Shown here: positions 1-13,182 of the stretch, piece after piece
How the letters are laid out: every line of letters begins with the position of its first letter
Numbering within the stretch: the first letter of the stretch is position 1
Program-made: the position numbers and the translations under genes
Notes under the pieces: generated by a model
The model's database searches: none
What the model saw: only the letters and a program-made list of their open reading frames with translations
What the model was told of the DNA's origin: nothing
Assembly: GCA_951406725.2 (NCBI GenBank)
Contig: OX597842.1
Location: 3,968,001 to 4,032,000, forward strand
DNA from: Octopus vulgaris
Lineage: Eukaryota
Length of the DNA: 64,000 nt
Direction of reading: 5' to 3'

Positions 1-165
1 GATGTGTATTTGTGGTCTTCTTTTCATGGTTCCAGTTCTGCATCAACAGTTTTCAAGATGGCAATGTTGTGTCTCTGGAAACTTCCCAAAATCTGCTTAT
101 GACTCATAAATGCGTGAATTTGTGCTTGTTATACACACACACACATATATATATATATAGCTATT

Positions 166-196
<31 letters not shown>

Positions 197-197
<1 letters not shown>

Positions 198-323
198 CAG
201 ACACCAACATACATACGCGCGCGCACACCACATACACAAATATATATATATATGTAAGTGTGTGTGTGTATGTATGTATAGATAGATATATAGACGGATA
301 GATAGATAGATAGATAGATAGAC

Positions 324-360
<37 letters not shown>

Positions 361-521
361 CCAACGTACATACGCGCGCGCACACCACATACACAAATAT
401 ATATATATGTAAGTGTGCGTGCGTGTATGTATGTATAGATAGATATATAAACGGATAGATAGATAGATAGATAGATAGACAGACAAACACCAACATACTT
501 ACGCGCGTGCACATCACATAC

Positions 522-574
<53 letters not shown>

Positions 575-605
575 TGTGCGTGTGTGTATGTATAGATAGA
601 TAGAT
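197..605. repeat. Three-copy higher-order tandem repeat built from microsatellite blocks
   Basis: The unit CACCAACATACATACGCGCGCGCACACCACATACACAAA-(TA)n-AAGTGTG..-(GATA)n recurs at ~202, ~358 and ~488. Confidence 0.85.
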
Positions 606-619
606 ACAGAGGTATATTA

Positions 620-818
620 TTTATTTCAAATTTTGGCTCAAGCCCACAAATTTCAAGAGAGGGACTCCAGCGTTTCACTAGTACTTAATTTATTGACCCC
701 CGAAAGGATGAAAGGCAAAGTCGACATCGGTGCAATTTGAACTCAGAACACAAATACGGACGAAATGCCGCTCAGCGTTTTGTCCGTCGTCTTAACGATT
801 CTGCCAGCTCGCCGCCTT
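620..818 (-). mobile_element. SINE family A (tRNA-derived head GGCGGCGAGCTGGCAGAATCG; core GCCTTTCATCCTTTCGGGGTCGATAAA)
   Basis: Reverse complement matches the + copies at 56613 and 63210, including the B-box-like GAGTTCAAATT. From memory, the central block resembles the Meta-type SINE core. Confidence 0.85.
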
Positions 819-1572
819 ATATTATATGTATATTACCTATATATTACATAGAGATTATCTACACATTATATAAATATATAAAATATATAGTCCCTGGTAG
901 TATAATAACAAGTATCGTGATAGGACCGGGTTCAGTTCCCTGCCGGGTAAACAATCATGGTTCCGGGTTCAGTCCCACTGCGTGACACCCTTTTCTTGTC
1001 AAAGTTTATCTGCAATTAATTGCTTATTCTTCCACATTACACAAAATCTTTTAACATTTTTTAAAAATACAATATCTTATAATATTTAATTATAAAAGGA
1101 TTTTTTAAACATCGAGTGGGTAGATGGGACCACCCAACAGAAATAGGAATCAAAGGGGTTCAATGGGGGGGGGGAACGGCTGAGCACCACTGGTGTAGAC
1201 AGAGAAAGTAGTATGTATGTGAGTGTGTGTGTATGTGTGTATGTACACATATATGTATGTATATGTGTGTGAGAGGATGGATGGATGAATATTTACGTAT
1301 ACAGATACATATACACAGACGCAAATACCTCCACAGATACACACATACATACACACAAGTGTTAATATTCCACCAAGCACTGCAACAGACTGGAAAAATA
1401 TTACTAATTAGAGAACTAATTCATTTACTCTAATTATGTAAATTAGTACAGTGTTTTGAGAAAACACAAGGGTTTGCCAGAATTTTCTTCTTATAAATAA
1501 ATTCTGTATTAGATTCTCTTTTTCATTTCATCTTCTTTTCTTTTTTTTTTTGCGCATTTCTTCACAACTCAC

Positions 1573-1636
<64 letters not shown>
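1573..1636. repeat. (TAA)n microsatellite, probably the tail of the adjacent SINE
   Basis: Perfect TAA run abutting the 3' end of the minus-strand SINE A copy. Confidence 0.9.
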
Positions 1637-1806
1637 CCTTTCTTCTCTAGACACAAGGCCTGAAATTTGAGGGAGGAGACAAGTCAATTACATCAACCCC
1701 AGCACCTTACTGGTATTTAGTTCCTCGACTCTGAAATGATGAAAGGCAAAGTCGTCCTCGCCGGAATTTGAACTCAGAATGTAAAGACAGGTGAAGTGTC
1801 GCTAAG
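1637..1806 (-). mobile_element. SINE family A, diverged and 5'-truncated
   Basis: Contains ATGAAAGGCAAAGTCG..GGAATTTGAACTCAGAA, shared with the other A copies. Confidence 0.8.
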
Positions 1807-2061
1807 CTTTAACATGTTGAAATTTTGATTGAAATTGGGAAAAAGGGGTCCAATCTAGACCCACAAGTGTCCCCAAAAATCAATAAAATCCCCGTTTTCG
1901 CAGCAAAGCAACCACTGTAGCGCCCCAAAACGTCTCCCAATCAATTTCTCACCTCAAGTTACCCGCTCCTGTCAATCTTAATCCCCTTCCAGCCCCATTT
2001 ATACCCCTTTTTACATAAAAATCCAATTTGTATCAACGTTCTCGCCTTCATCATTTTATAG

Positions 2062-2299
2062 ATTAGACAGATATATCCGGCCTTGCTCGGGATTAAAATA
2101 GTTTATTATTGTTTTACTTGTTTCGGAATTATAACCCGATTTCATTCGGGTGTACGCGGGCCACATTTTAAAAGATGAGGAATTTTGCCCTAGAGGCGAT
2201 GCCTTTCAATTGAGCAAACTCAAAGTTGCCATGCAAACTCGCTAGCACTTTTAACATAGGTGTGCATATTTTCAGCTCAATCCGACTATATATGCACAC

Positions 2300-2338
<39 letters not shown>

Positions 2339-2386
2339 GCATTGGATATATACATATATACGCATTATATATAAATATATACACTT

Positions 2387-2418
<32 letters not shown>

Positions 2419-2965
2419 TATATATATATGTATGCAAATTATATATATATTAATATACACACACATATATATAAATTAACACAATATATCTGATAAATGA
2501 TAGCTTTTAGGATTGTGCGATGGTGGTGGGCGATAATAATTCACCATTCTAAAAGATCTGTGGTGGGAATATTTAAATTTTTGCGGCTGTCAACGCTTTC
2601 ACTCTATTGATACAGACAGACGTACACTGAGAGAGGCGGTGAGAGAAAGAGTGACAGAGAGAAGAAGCTGTCAAACATCGTTATAGAGAATGTGGAGGGA
2701 AGGAAGGAAAGAGAGAGATGGAAGAAGACAGGATGCTATCCGAAAGTGAGAAACGACAAACACTTGTCAAAGTTTGGGTTTTATTGCCATAGTAACCACA
2801 GCTTTTAAGATAGGGGTTTCTAACGTAGTCCACTCGCTTCCTCGCCTCTTTTTACATGCTCCTGTAAATTTTGGAGCCAATCCGACGACCCCATCTACCA
2901 GCCCTTAAACCGTTTCCATCTCAAAATGAGACAAACAACTTTTTCGCATTTCAGCTTTATATATA
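2062..2965 (-). mobile_element. Probable non-autonomous Helitron
   Basis: Minus-strand 3' end CCCGAGCAAGGCCGG (hairpin) followed by ..CTAAT (degenerate CTAGT); 5' end TATATAAAGCTG. Same end layout as the element at 3383-3767. Confidence 0.5.
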
Positions 2966-2973
2966 TATATATA

Positions 2974-3107
2974 CGACGGGCTTCTTTCAGTTTCCATCTG
3001 CCAAATCCGCTTACTAGGCTACAGTAGAAGATACATGCTTAAGATATCATGCAGTATGATTGAACCCGGAACCATGTACTTGGGAATCAAATCACACAGC
3101 CACGCCT
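2974..3107 (-). mobile_element. SINE family B, 5' half
   Basis: Reverse complement of GTGGCTGTGTG..GGTTCCGGGTTCA..GGAAACTGAAAGAAGCCCGTCG. Confidence 0.8.
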
Positions 3108-3382
3108 ATGGACTTTCTACATCCTTAAATGATATTTTGATAACAGAGCAGCGCTTTCTATATAAAGGAAACGTCGCATAGAAACCCTTGGTCTGGGCCG
3201 AGGAAAAGAGAGCGAAACAGAGGAAGGCGAGGAAGTGGCTCTTCACAATTGCTGGCAATAATTGTAAACTTTCGTGCGTAATCTTCATTATGCATTGATG
3301 ACAGCAAAGTTGGAAGTGCGTGTTTGTGTGTTTGTGTGTATCTGTGTACCTATAGATATGCACATACACACACATATATATA

Positions 3383-3766
3383 TCTCTCTATATATAAACG
3401 GCAGTTTGTCTGTGCGTGTTTCTGTGTGTCTGTTTGCTTGTACCCTCACCCTGACCACGGCTTTCAACCGATTCTGATGAAACTTGACACACACATAGCC
3501 CAATGTCATAATTCAAAACTAACGCAGCGAAAATTTTGAAAAGTTCCCCCAGTTCTGAAAAAAATCGATAAATTCGACATGGGGTCGTGAATCAGGAATA
3601 CGAACCACAAACTGTCTAGGGGACGCAACTCCACTTTTTTTAAATCTCAAAAAAAAATTTACCATCATTTTTTTCCATTTTTTTGCTATTTTTTGGCTAT
3701 AACTCTCTAAAAATGCTTTATAGTTATTTCCCTTACAAACCTGAGCAACGCCGGGCGATACTGCTA

Positions 3767-3767
<1 letters not shown>
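3383..3767 (+). mobile_element. Non-autonomous Helitron
   Basis: Starts TC(TCTCTATATATAAA), has a GTCTGT/GTGT-rich 5' block and a 3' hairpin CCTGAGCAACGCCGGG, and ends CTAG (3764-3767) followed by T. Confidence 0.75.
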
Positions 3768-3850
<83 letters not shown>

Positions 3851-3906
3851 ACATATATATATATATATATGCGTATGTATGTGTGCATACACGTATCTTT
3901 ATATAT

Positions 3907-3982
<76 letters not shown>

Positions 3983-4188
3983 GTACACACACACATATAT
4001 ATATAAATATATATATATATATACATACACACATATATATATATAAATATAAATATATATATCTCTTAGATTATATACATATATGAGTAATTATATATGC
4101 TTGTGCATACATATATGTACACACATACATGCTTGTCTGTGTCTGAATAAATATAGAGATATGTATATATTGTATAAGCATGAATGTT

Positions 4189-4242
<54 letters not shown>

Positions 4243-4294
4243 ATGGGTCCATATACATACATACACAAACACGTATATATAGCATTATATACAG

Positions 4295-4347
<53 letters not shown>

Positions 4348-4936
4348 AGTGATGACGCTGACGGTACGAATGTGTAATTCTGGTGAGTATACAAATGTGC
4401 CTCGTGTAACAGGCTCTCACTACACATCCTCATCCTCATCCCCTTTCTCCTCCTCCTTTCACTCCCCTTTTTCCCTCTCCACCTCTCTCTTTTCCCAATC
4501 TCTTACCATCTCCTCCCTTTTCTCTCTCTTTCTGTGAAATTGAATAACAAAACGTGTGGGTGCGAACGGTGTCGGGAAGAGCAGTAATTGCAGAAGCAGA
4601 GAGAGAGAGAGAGAGAGAGAGAAATAGAGAGGGAGAGAGGGAGAGAGGGAGAGCAGTAGGAAAGAAAGGGAGAGATTGGTGGGGCGGAAGGCTCTGGTCT
4701 GTTGAACTATCATAACAGGAAGTGGCTGCTTGCATAAACGCAACAAGCGAGAAGCAGAACTGCAGCTTCTCGTCACACGGCCCCCACACACCCCAGCCAC
4801 TCCTCACACGACCACCACCACCCAATACCAAGCCCCCCATTCCTCTGTCCGACTCATCTCGTCTCTGATTTCCTGATATCCTGGTTTTCCTGATTTACAT
4901 CTCTGCTACTCTCAGTCTCCCTTTAGTGGCTATATA

Positions 4937-4972
<36 letters not shown>

Positions 4973-5180
4973 GTGTATTTATGACTGTTTTGATAGTGGC
5001 TCTATGTACGCGTATGTGTGCGTATGTGTGTGTGTGTGTGTGCATGGCTGTATTGAGAGATGCACATACATACGCACACATGCATCCACACATACGTTCA
5101 GTCACAAACAGGCACACACATACACACACAGAGGCTCATATGTATATGATTAATATAATATAAAAATATTAATGCTGATA

Positions 5181-5214
<34 letters not shown>

Positions 5215-5225
5215 AATATATACAG

Positions 5226-5436
5226 GACGCCATGATAGATCGCTAGCTCCCACACGCATTTTTTTCTCTCCTTGTTTCTCTCCTTGTTTTTTTCTGTGTA
5301 TCTTTCTGTAGAAGAGCGTAGGCTCGAAACGTAAAAGACTTTTTCTATTTCTATTCCTGAGCGCCATACTAATACATTTGTTTGTTTGTACTCCACCTGC
5401 CTTCGTCTTTTGTTTATTTTCGTAAACTTTCCCGTT
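5226..5436 (+). mobile_element. Short (TA)n-flanked repeat family E carrying a hammerhead-like motif (Penelope-like terminal repeat derivative)
   Basis: Closely similar copies at 14815-15000(-) and 45915-46126(+), a deleted copy at 27183-27273, and relatives at 10922-11057 and 27430-27540. Confidence 0.75.
5301..5338 (+). ncRNA. Minimal type I hammerhead-like motif with variant core (CUGUAGA-A)
   Basis: TCTTT/AAAGA stem I; CTGTAGA+A; GAGC-gtag-GCTC stem II; GAAA; palindromic ACGT stem III; GUA triplet. Confidence 0.6.
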
Positions 5437-5476
5437 ATATATAAATATATATATTTATTACATAAATAGATTCATA

Positions 5477-6140
5477 CAGATCTGGTCAATAAGTATCCGG
5501 ACTGTTCCCATAGTAATGAAGCTAAAGCACACAGACTGAAACCGCTTGGTACAAATTGACCTCGGACTCTGCCAAGTTTTAACGTTTTGGCTCCCTTCCG
5601 CTGTTTACAGCAATGTTTGGAAGGAACGTGTGTAGCGTGTGTTCGTAGCATTGACGAAGGCAGAGAAAGTTGAGCAGAGAATCTGCATCAAATTTTATCA
5701 AAACCTTAGCGATACCTGCTCAGAGGCCTATGCAAAGTTTTCAAAACGTTTTCACCCTTCTCGACATAATCAAAGATATCTTGTGCAACAGAAACCTGAG
5801 TGTCTTCTTGGTCAACTGAAAGCAGTTTTGGCACAAACTTGGCAGACACGTGTCTTATACCCAAATCTTCAGTGATAACAGACTGAACTGAACCGTAACT
5901 TATCTGCACATCTTCTGATAACTCATACACTCCTCTCCATACTCTTTCTGCAACTTTGCACGGGCCTCTGAGCAGGCATCGCCATGACAACCGTCATGGT
6001 CAATATGACGATCACACGCTTCTGCAAACAGCAGACGTGAGCTTCAATGTTAAAACTTAGTGCGCATGCACAGCAGAGTCCAAGGTTAATCTGTGCCATA
6101 GCTTCGTTACTATGGCAACAGTCCTGATACTTATTGATGA
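5477..6140. mobile_element. Mariner-derived fold-back element made of two inverted left ends
   Basis: TCAATAAGTATCCGGACTGTT at the left, inverted as AACAGTCCTGATACTTATTGA at the right. The + strand encodes EQRICIKF (mariner N-terminus); the - strand encodes TEDLGIRHVSAKFVPKLL (WVP-box equivalent). Confidence 0.85.
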
Positions 6141-6297
6141 AGCAAAAACGCAAGAGAGGACAATAAAACATTCGGACAGATAGACGATACAAAGGCGGAC
6201 AAGAGAAACAACAATTAGAAGGACAGGCAAAAAAAGATGGGTCCTTCGTGGCCTTCTTTCCTTAGTCAAGTACCAGAATTCAGGACCGTTTCGAGCA

Positions 6298-6345
<48 letters not shown>

Positions 6346-6687
6346 CTTTCGTTCTGTCCTTGTCTCTCTTTTCATCTCTCCACTTTCCTTTTTCAAGACC
6401 TGTAGGACACCAATTTCCATTGCGCTACTTCTACATACCTCCGTTGGGATATTTAGCGCAGACGATGATATCAACAGATCTCAACGCTTGAACCATCAGA
6501 TGAAAAGGGCTACGCGTGACGGACATGCTACATAAGGCGCCACTCAAAACTATAACCGGGTCAGCGGCAGTTCGTTCCGCCAGTCCGTTTCATAACTGGA
6601 TCCTGCATATCTCATTCTATATGTGTCACAGAAGCAGGTAATGGAATAAAGTATGTTGGTCATTTCCGACAAGTTGAGTCTACCTTA

Positions 6688-6920
6688 TATTTCTTTACTA
6701 CCCACAAAGGGCTAAACACAGAGGGGACAAACAAGGACAGACAAAGGGATTAAGTCGATTATATCGACCCCAGTGCGTAACTGGTACTTAATTTATCGAC
6801 TCCGAAAGGATGAAAGGCAAAGTCGACCTCGGCGGAATTTGAACTTGGAACGTAACGACAGACGAAATACGGCAACGCATTTCGTCCGGCGTGCTGACAT
6901 TTCTGCCAGCTCGCCGCCTT
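6688..6920 (-). mobile_element. SINE family A, full length, with TSD
   Basis: Complete head to tail; GTCTACCTTA duplicated at 6678-6687 and 6924-6933. Confidence 0.9.
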
Positions 6921-7238
6921 GAGGTCTACCTTAATCAGATCGACGCCATTGGAACTTTCTTCTACTCTTTCCTACTCTTCGATATTTCAACGCATGTCCT
7001 AAAGCCGTAGAGCCTTTATATCCGTACCAGCTACCTCTTTTCTGTTTGTCTTTGTCTCCGTCGTTTACGTCCGCTGCAGGGAATAATATTCCCAGAAGCT
7101 TTTTGCTGCTGACACCTCCATAATGAACAATATTATCATTAACGGCGTGAAACTGTAATAATTTTTGGGCGATAACTGACGAGGATGGAGCAAGTCTACG
7201 TTTCGTGTGTGAATTTTCCGTTCGTCCCTTTGTCGGTG

Positions 7239-7482
7239 ATACAGGAAAATGGGAACTTTTGAAAGCCCCAACAAAAATAGGAAAAAACTTGAATCCAACA
7301 AAAAAGTTATTGACAGAAATCAAACAACTTGCGTGTGCGATGTGGTAACATCGTATTGTAGAGAGCGATGGCGCACAATGGGGAAGTTGCAGAAATTTGT
7401 TCAATGCAGGTGCAACAAAAGATTGCAGCATCTCAACATATCGATCCGAAGGGATAATCGCTGTTATCCCCTCTTCATTTCA
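7239..7482. mobile_element. Tc1/mariner remnant
   Basis: Minus strand ~7388-7480 reads NEEGITAIIPSDRYVEMLQSFVAPALNKF, typical of the segment before WFQQDGA in Tc1/mariner transposases. The + strand GGGAACTTTTGAAA..TTATTGACAGAAAT resembles a terminal sequence. Confidence 0.55.
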
Positions 7483-7619
7483 TAAGCTCCGGGGTCGATT
7501 TGCTCGACTAAAGGTGATGTTCCAGCATGACTCAAACACGTGAAAGAGTAAAGAGTATACATCTGTCTATCTATCTATCTATCTATCGATCTATATGTAC
7601 ATATATATGTGTGTATATA

Positions 7620-7652
<33 letters not shown>

Positions 7653-7653
7653 A

Positions 7654-7711
<58 letters not shown>

Positions 7712-8631
7712 TGTGTGCGTGTGTGTATAAGATAGATAGATAGATATATATGTACATTTTATACATATAAATATAACGGGCTTCCACACAGTTTTCGTCT
7801 GTCAAATTCACTCGCAAGTCATTCGTCGAACAAGGGCTATTGTAGACGATATATATCTCCGTGTCTGTGTGTGTGTATCTGTCTGTCTGTGTCTCTCTCT
7901 ATATATCTATATCTACATGTATAGACACATACACACACACATATATATATACACACAAGCATGTATATATGCACCCTCACACACACACTCACATAAGTAG
8001 ATTGATTGACAAACGGACCGACAAACAGACAGACAGACAAGCCTTGCTGACAAAGGCTTACAGTCCAGACAGAAAGATGAGCAAGCGACGGAAGCTGACG
8101 AAAAGGGTTAACACCAACTTACTTATATCCCTATTTACACACACACACACACACACACACATACACACACAGCCGTACTATGTTATAACGTTCATTCCCA
8201 TAATGCTTGTTCAAGTCACGTGTCAGCAATGACAAGCGACCATTCAGCCATTATCACTACCGTCCGCATGCGTCATACGTTCGCACCATACATACATACA
8301 TACATACATACATACATACATACATACATACATACATACATACATACATACACACACATACATACAAACATACATACATACATACATACACACATACATA
8401 TATACATAGGCATACATACATTTATATATACAAAAATATATAGATATACATGCATACATTCATACATACATTCATAGATATACACACACATGCATACATA
8501 CATTGCATACCTACATACATGCATATACACATACATACATGCATATACATATACGCCTACTTATATACGTACATACATTCATATATATTCGTGCATATAC
8601 ATGTATGCATACGTATATACGTACATACATT

Positions 8632-8730
<99 letters not shown>

Positions 8731-9124
8731 GCATAGGCAAGATAAGTCATATATACACATAAAAGCATTCGCATACACACCCATTCACCACATCTTGTAT
8801 ACATTTAAACACTCAACGTCCCGCGCTTATACACACCTACATAATTGCACACGTGCACAAATACTCACCTACACATTTACAAACATCCACACACACACAT
8901 ATTCAGGAATACAACTGTCCCCTCACTCATACATACACATGCATACACACACATATATACATTCATTGTATACGTATATTTTCTTACTGTACACAGATAT
9001 ATGCTTATACACTCTTACTGCATTAAGTCATGCATTCAAACGTCTTCTGAGGCACACACATATATATACACTCACATATGATGTTTAACAGATACACACA
9101 AACTTACATAATGTACATTTAATC

Positions 9125-9248
9125 ACACACATACACACATACATACATACACACATACATACATACATACATACATACATACATACATACATACATACAC
9201 ACACATACATACATACATACATAAATACATAAATACATACATACACAC

Positions 9249-9279
<31 letters not shown>

Positions 9280-9604
9280 TACATACATACATACATACAT
9301 ACATACATACACACACATACATACATACATACATAAATACATACATACATACATACATACATACATACACACACACATACATACATACATACACACACAT
9401 ACATACATACATACATACATACATAGACACACATACATACATACATAATACATACATACATACATACATACATACATACATACATCCATACATACATACA
9501 TCCATACATACATCCATCCATACATCCATACATACATACATACCATCCATCCATCCATACATACATACATACATACATACATACATACATACATACACAC
9601 ACAT

Positions 9605-9635
<31 letters not shown>

Positions 9636-9777
9636 TACATACATACATACATACATACATACATACATACACAGACATACATACATACATACATACATAC
9701 ATACACACACACACATACATACATACATACATACATACATACACACACACATACATACACACACATACATACATACA

Positions 9778-9810
<33 letters not shown>
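9125..9810. repeat. (TACA)n/(CA)n compound microsatellite
   Basis: About 690 bp of CATA/CACA units. Confidence 0.95.
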
Positions 9811-9811
<1 letters not shown>

Positions 9812-10312
9812 CACACAACCAATATCACCACACAGAAGCATCTATATATTCATTCAGACAAAATACGCGTGTATAAACATACAGCTGCAAGCAGACACAA
9901 ACGTACACATAAACGTACACACACATACATACATACACACACACAAACACACGCATATATAAACACGCACACATACGGGGCGAGAGCCGCATTCAAGCCA
10001 CGTGTCATCAACCACAAGCGAACATTCAGTCTTTACAACAAACGTGTAAGGACCAGCCTATCACTTTTGTGTGCAACAAAATAACCCACACAAAAGCTGT
10101 CAGCAACCCTCTCTCTCGTTCCGATTTTCTCCCTCTCTCTCTCTCTCTCTCTTCCTCTCACTTCTTCTCCCCCCCCCCCTACCCATCCACTGTTTCTCTC
10201 TCTCTTTTTTCTTAACAAATATCGCTGACGTGTTTGGTTGTAGTTATAACGCCGTCGTCACGCGTGAAGCCTAACTAACCTACAAGAAAAAGCACTCAAG
10301 GATGGTCTTCAA

Positions 10313-10391
<79 letters not shown>

Positions 10392-10776
10392 TACACGCAC
10401 GCACACGCGCACATACACTGCCCCCTGTCACTGGCTGACCTCTATTTTTTTACCAGAGAATCGGAGATGCTCCTTTGAAATCCACCAGAACGCTTCTCTC
10501 GTACGGCTGACATTTTTAGCACAACGCGCGCATGCCCACCCACCCTCATATATTTTGAATAGGTTTATGTATTTTAATTAACTGGTATTTGTGTGCATGT
10601 GTGTATATGAGTATATATGTGTATGTGATTGGGTCCGGTGTGTGATTTGGAGTTTCTCACATTGTGTAGGATCATAAATACACACCCACACACCCACATG
10701 TCTATACACTGTAGCATTTCCCTCCCCCTCTCTCTCTACATATATACATATATGTATGTGTGTATGTATATATATA

Positions 10777-10789
10777 TAAGCATGTTTCC

Positions 10790-10821
<32 letters not shown>

Positions 10822-10869
10822 ATCATGTCTCCTATGTATATATATATATATATATATAAGCATGTCTCC

Positions 10870-10909
<40 letters not shown>

Positions 10910-10922
10910 CATGTCTCCTATG
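10777..10922. repeat. Minisatellite TAAGCATGTCTCCTATG-(TA)n x4
   Basis: Four units with variable TA spacers. Confidence 0.85.
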
Positions 10923-10956
10923 TTTCCGACGAAGATCTCCGCTCGAAACGTCAAAC
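10922..10956 (+). ncRNA. Minimal hammerhead-like motif (family E relative; core CCGACGA-A)
   Basis: GTTT/AAAC stem I; GATC-tcc-GCTC stem II (1 mismatch); GAAA; ACGT; GUC triplet. Confidence 0.55.
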
Positions 10957-11052
10957 CCTCCTTCTTTCCTTCTTTCCTGAGCGTCCAATAATACTTTATT
11001 TGTTCCGCAGCCTTGCGTTGTTGTTGTTTTTTTGTTTTCTTGTTTGGATTAA

Positions 11053-11084
<32 letters not shown>

Positions 11085-11087
<3 letters not shown>

Positions 11088-11630
11088 GTCACTTAGCGGT
11101 TCGGCAAAAGAGACCGATAGAATAAGTACTGGGCTTACAAAGACTAAGTCCCGGGGTCGATTTGCACGACTAAATGCGGTGCTCCAGCATGGCCGCAGTC
11201 AAATGACTGAAACAAGTAAAAAGAGAAAAAAAAGAGAAATATATATATATATACATACATATATGCGACGAGCTTCTTTCAGTTTCCGTCTGTCAAATCC
11301 ACTCACAAGGCTTTGATCGGCCCGAGGCTGTAGTAGAAGACACTTTCCCAAGGTGCCAGGCAGTAGAACTGAACCCAGGACTGTGAGGTTGGTAAGCAAG
11401 CAACTTACCACACAGCCATATAATGTATGTATGTATGTATGTATTCATACACACATATACTCAAGTGTGTCTTTACGTGTGTGTCTCTGTGCGTGTATTT
11501 GTGTTTTGTTTTCTGTTTTTGTTCCCCACCACCATTCGACAACCGTTATTGGTCTGATTACGTCCCCGTAACCTAGAGGTTCGACAAAGTAAGCCCCAGC
11601 ATGGTCACAGTCCATTGACTGAAAGATGCA
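11085..11630. mobile_element. Cluster of SINE B pieces (3' half +, 5' half -, 3' half +)
   Basis: Matches to 13652-14078. Confidence 0.8.
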
Positions 11631-12334
11631 TAAGGTATAAAGTATATAATTCTGTCAACGAGAACTTGAAATGTGCTTCCCTAATGCTCCAGCCGGGGCT
11701 GGACATATACTTTTGATTAGCCTATTTCTTGTCTTAGGTCAACAAAATAACCACATATCTATTACAGGTGTTTCTTAGGTATTGCCTCGACAAGTCTTTA
11801 ACCGATTTCAATTTCGTCTTCGGATTCTGCACAAATGACGTACTTAATCTCAACATCACCAAGAATTCAAGAACTGGATAACAGATTCCAAATCACTGTC
11901 TGGGAAGAATGGATAACAACTTAACGAATTCTCTGGTGGCTCTGAACAGAACATTACAACAATTGTGTGATGATGGTTCTCAAGATGGAGGTGCGCCCCG
12001 ATGGCATTCGTCAGACTCTGTCATTGATCAGAAACGAAACAAAAGATGAAGAAATCTGTGCTGGGTTTAAACCAGTGGATCTCAACTAATTTTTGCATTT
12101 TTTCCCTTGTTTCAGTGATTAGACTGCAGCCAAGTTGAGGCACTGTCTTCAAGAATTTTTTGTCGAATGAATCGACCCCTCTACTTAATTTTTTTTTTTT
12201 TTTGTTAATCCTGGTACATATATTTTACAGGCCCCTTTTGACGGCACGCTAGGTTACGGGGACGTAAAAACAATTGACAGAAAGGCACACTCACAAACAG
12301 ATAAAAAATAAGCAATAAGAGTAAAACACGTCTA

Positions 12335-12490
12335 TACATCCAGACAGAGGATATAAAGAAAACAAGGACGGGTATTCAGAGTTTTCTTTCCTAGGTCGAG
12401 TTCCAGATTATCTTTGCAATTTCGGTTGGTTATACTCGAGATTGTTCCAATGTGGCCAGCCCCAAGGAAAAACTAAGTTAAGAGCACTAT
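12335..12490 (+). repeat. Interspersed repeat family F, diverged
   Basis: GCAATTTCGG..GGCCAGCCCCAAGGAAAAACTAAG shared with 17690-18047 and 42600-43045. Confidence 0.7.
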
Positions 12491-12499
12491 ATATATATA

Positions 12500-12976
12500 A
12501 ACTTCCTTGGAGGATTAGGCTTAAAAAAGCCCTCAATGTTGGTTTCCTTGTCCTGTTTTTATCCTTTATGTGTACTGTATTTTTATTTGTATTGCTTTTA
12601 CGTCCTGTTCTTGTCACTTTTTTTCTTTCCTTTTTTACCCCTCTGCAAAAGAGTTTTATTTAATTCATTTTGCAGGAAGGACTGTTTCGGCCGGATCGTG
12701 TTCTGCCCTTACTTTCGAAACACGCATTGAGTCGAACCAGGGGCAGCTGATGAAAGGGAATATTCCTTGTATTGTTTGTCTTGTACTCTGTTTTTTCGTT
12801 GTTAAAAAAGTCCGTTTCCTTGTTTGATTTTATGTTTTCGTTTCTCGTTGTGTTCTACGTTTATTTGTGGTGTCCTGTACTCATATATATATATATATAC
12901 ATATGCATATATATACACATATAGATGTAGGTATGTACATATATGTATGTATGCATATGTTTTATTTGTTAAATTG

Positions 12977-12980
<4 letters not shown>
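12500..12980 (+). repeat. (TA)n-flanked repeat H (uninterrupted copy)
   Basis: 12722-12980 matches 36108-36258 plus 36767-36880. Confidence 0.8.
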
Positions 12981-13021
<41 letters not shown>

Positions 13022-13024
<3 letters not shown>

Positions 13025-13182
13025 GAAGTGCTTCTTTCAGTTTCCGTCTACTAGATCTACCCACAAGGCCTTGGTTAGCCCGAGGCTATAGTAGAAGACA
13101 CTTGGCCAAGATATCATGCAGTGAGACTGAACCCGGAACCATGTGGTTGGGTACCATGCTTCTTACCACACAGCTATGCCTG
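13022..13182 (-). mobile_element. SINE family B, 5' half
   Basis: Reverse complement of the SINE B head. Confidence 0.8.

Noticed and set aside
12700-12780. Hammerhead in repeat H (CTGATGA at ~12748 and ~36133)
   Set aside because: No GAAA after the hairpin and no convincing stem I or III in any permutation.
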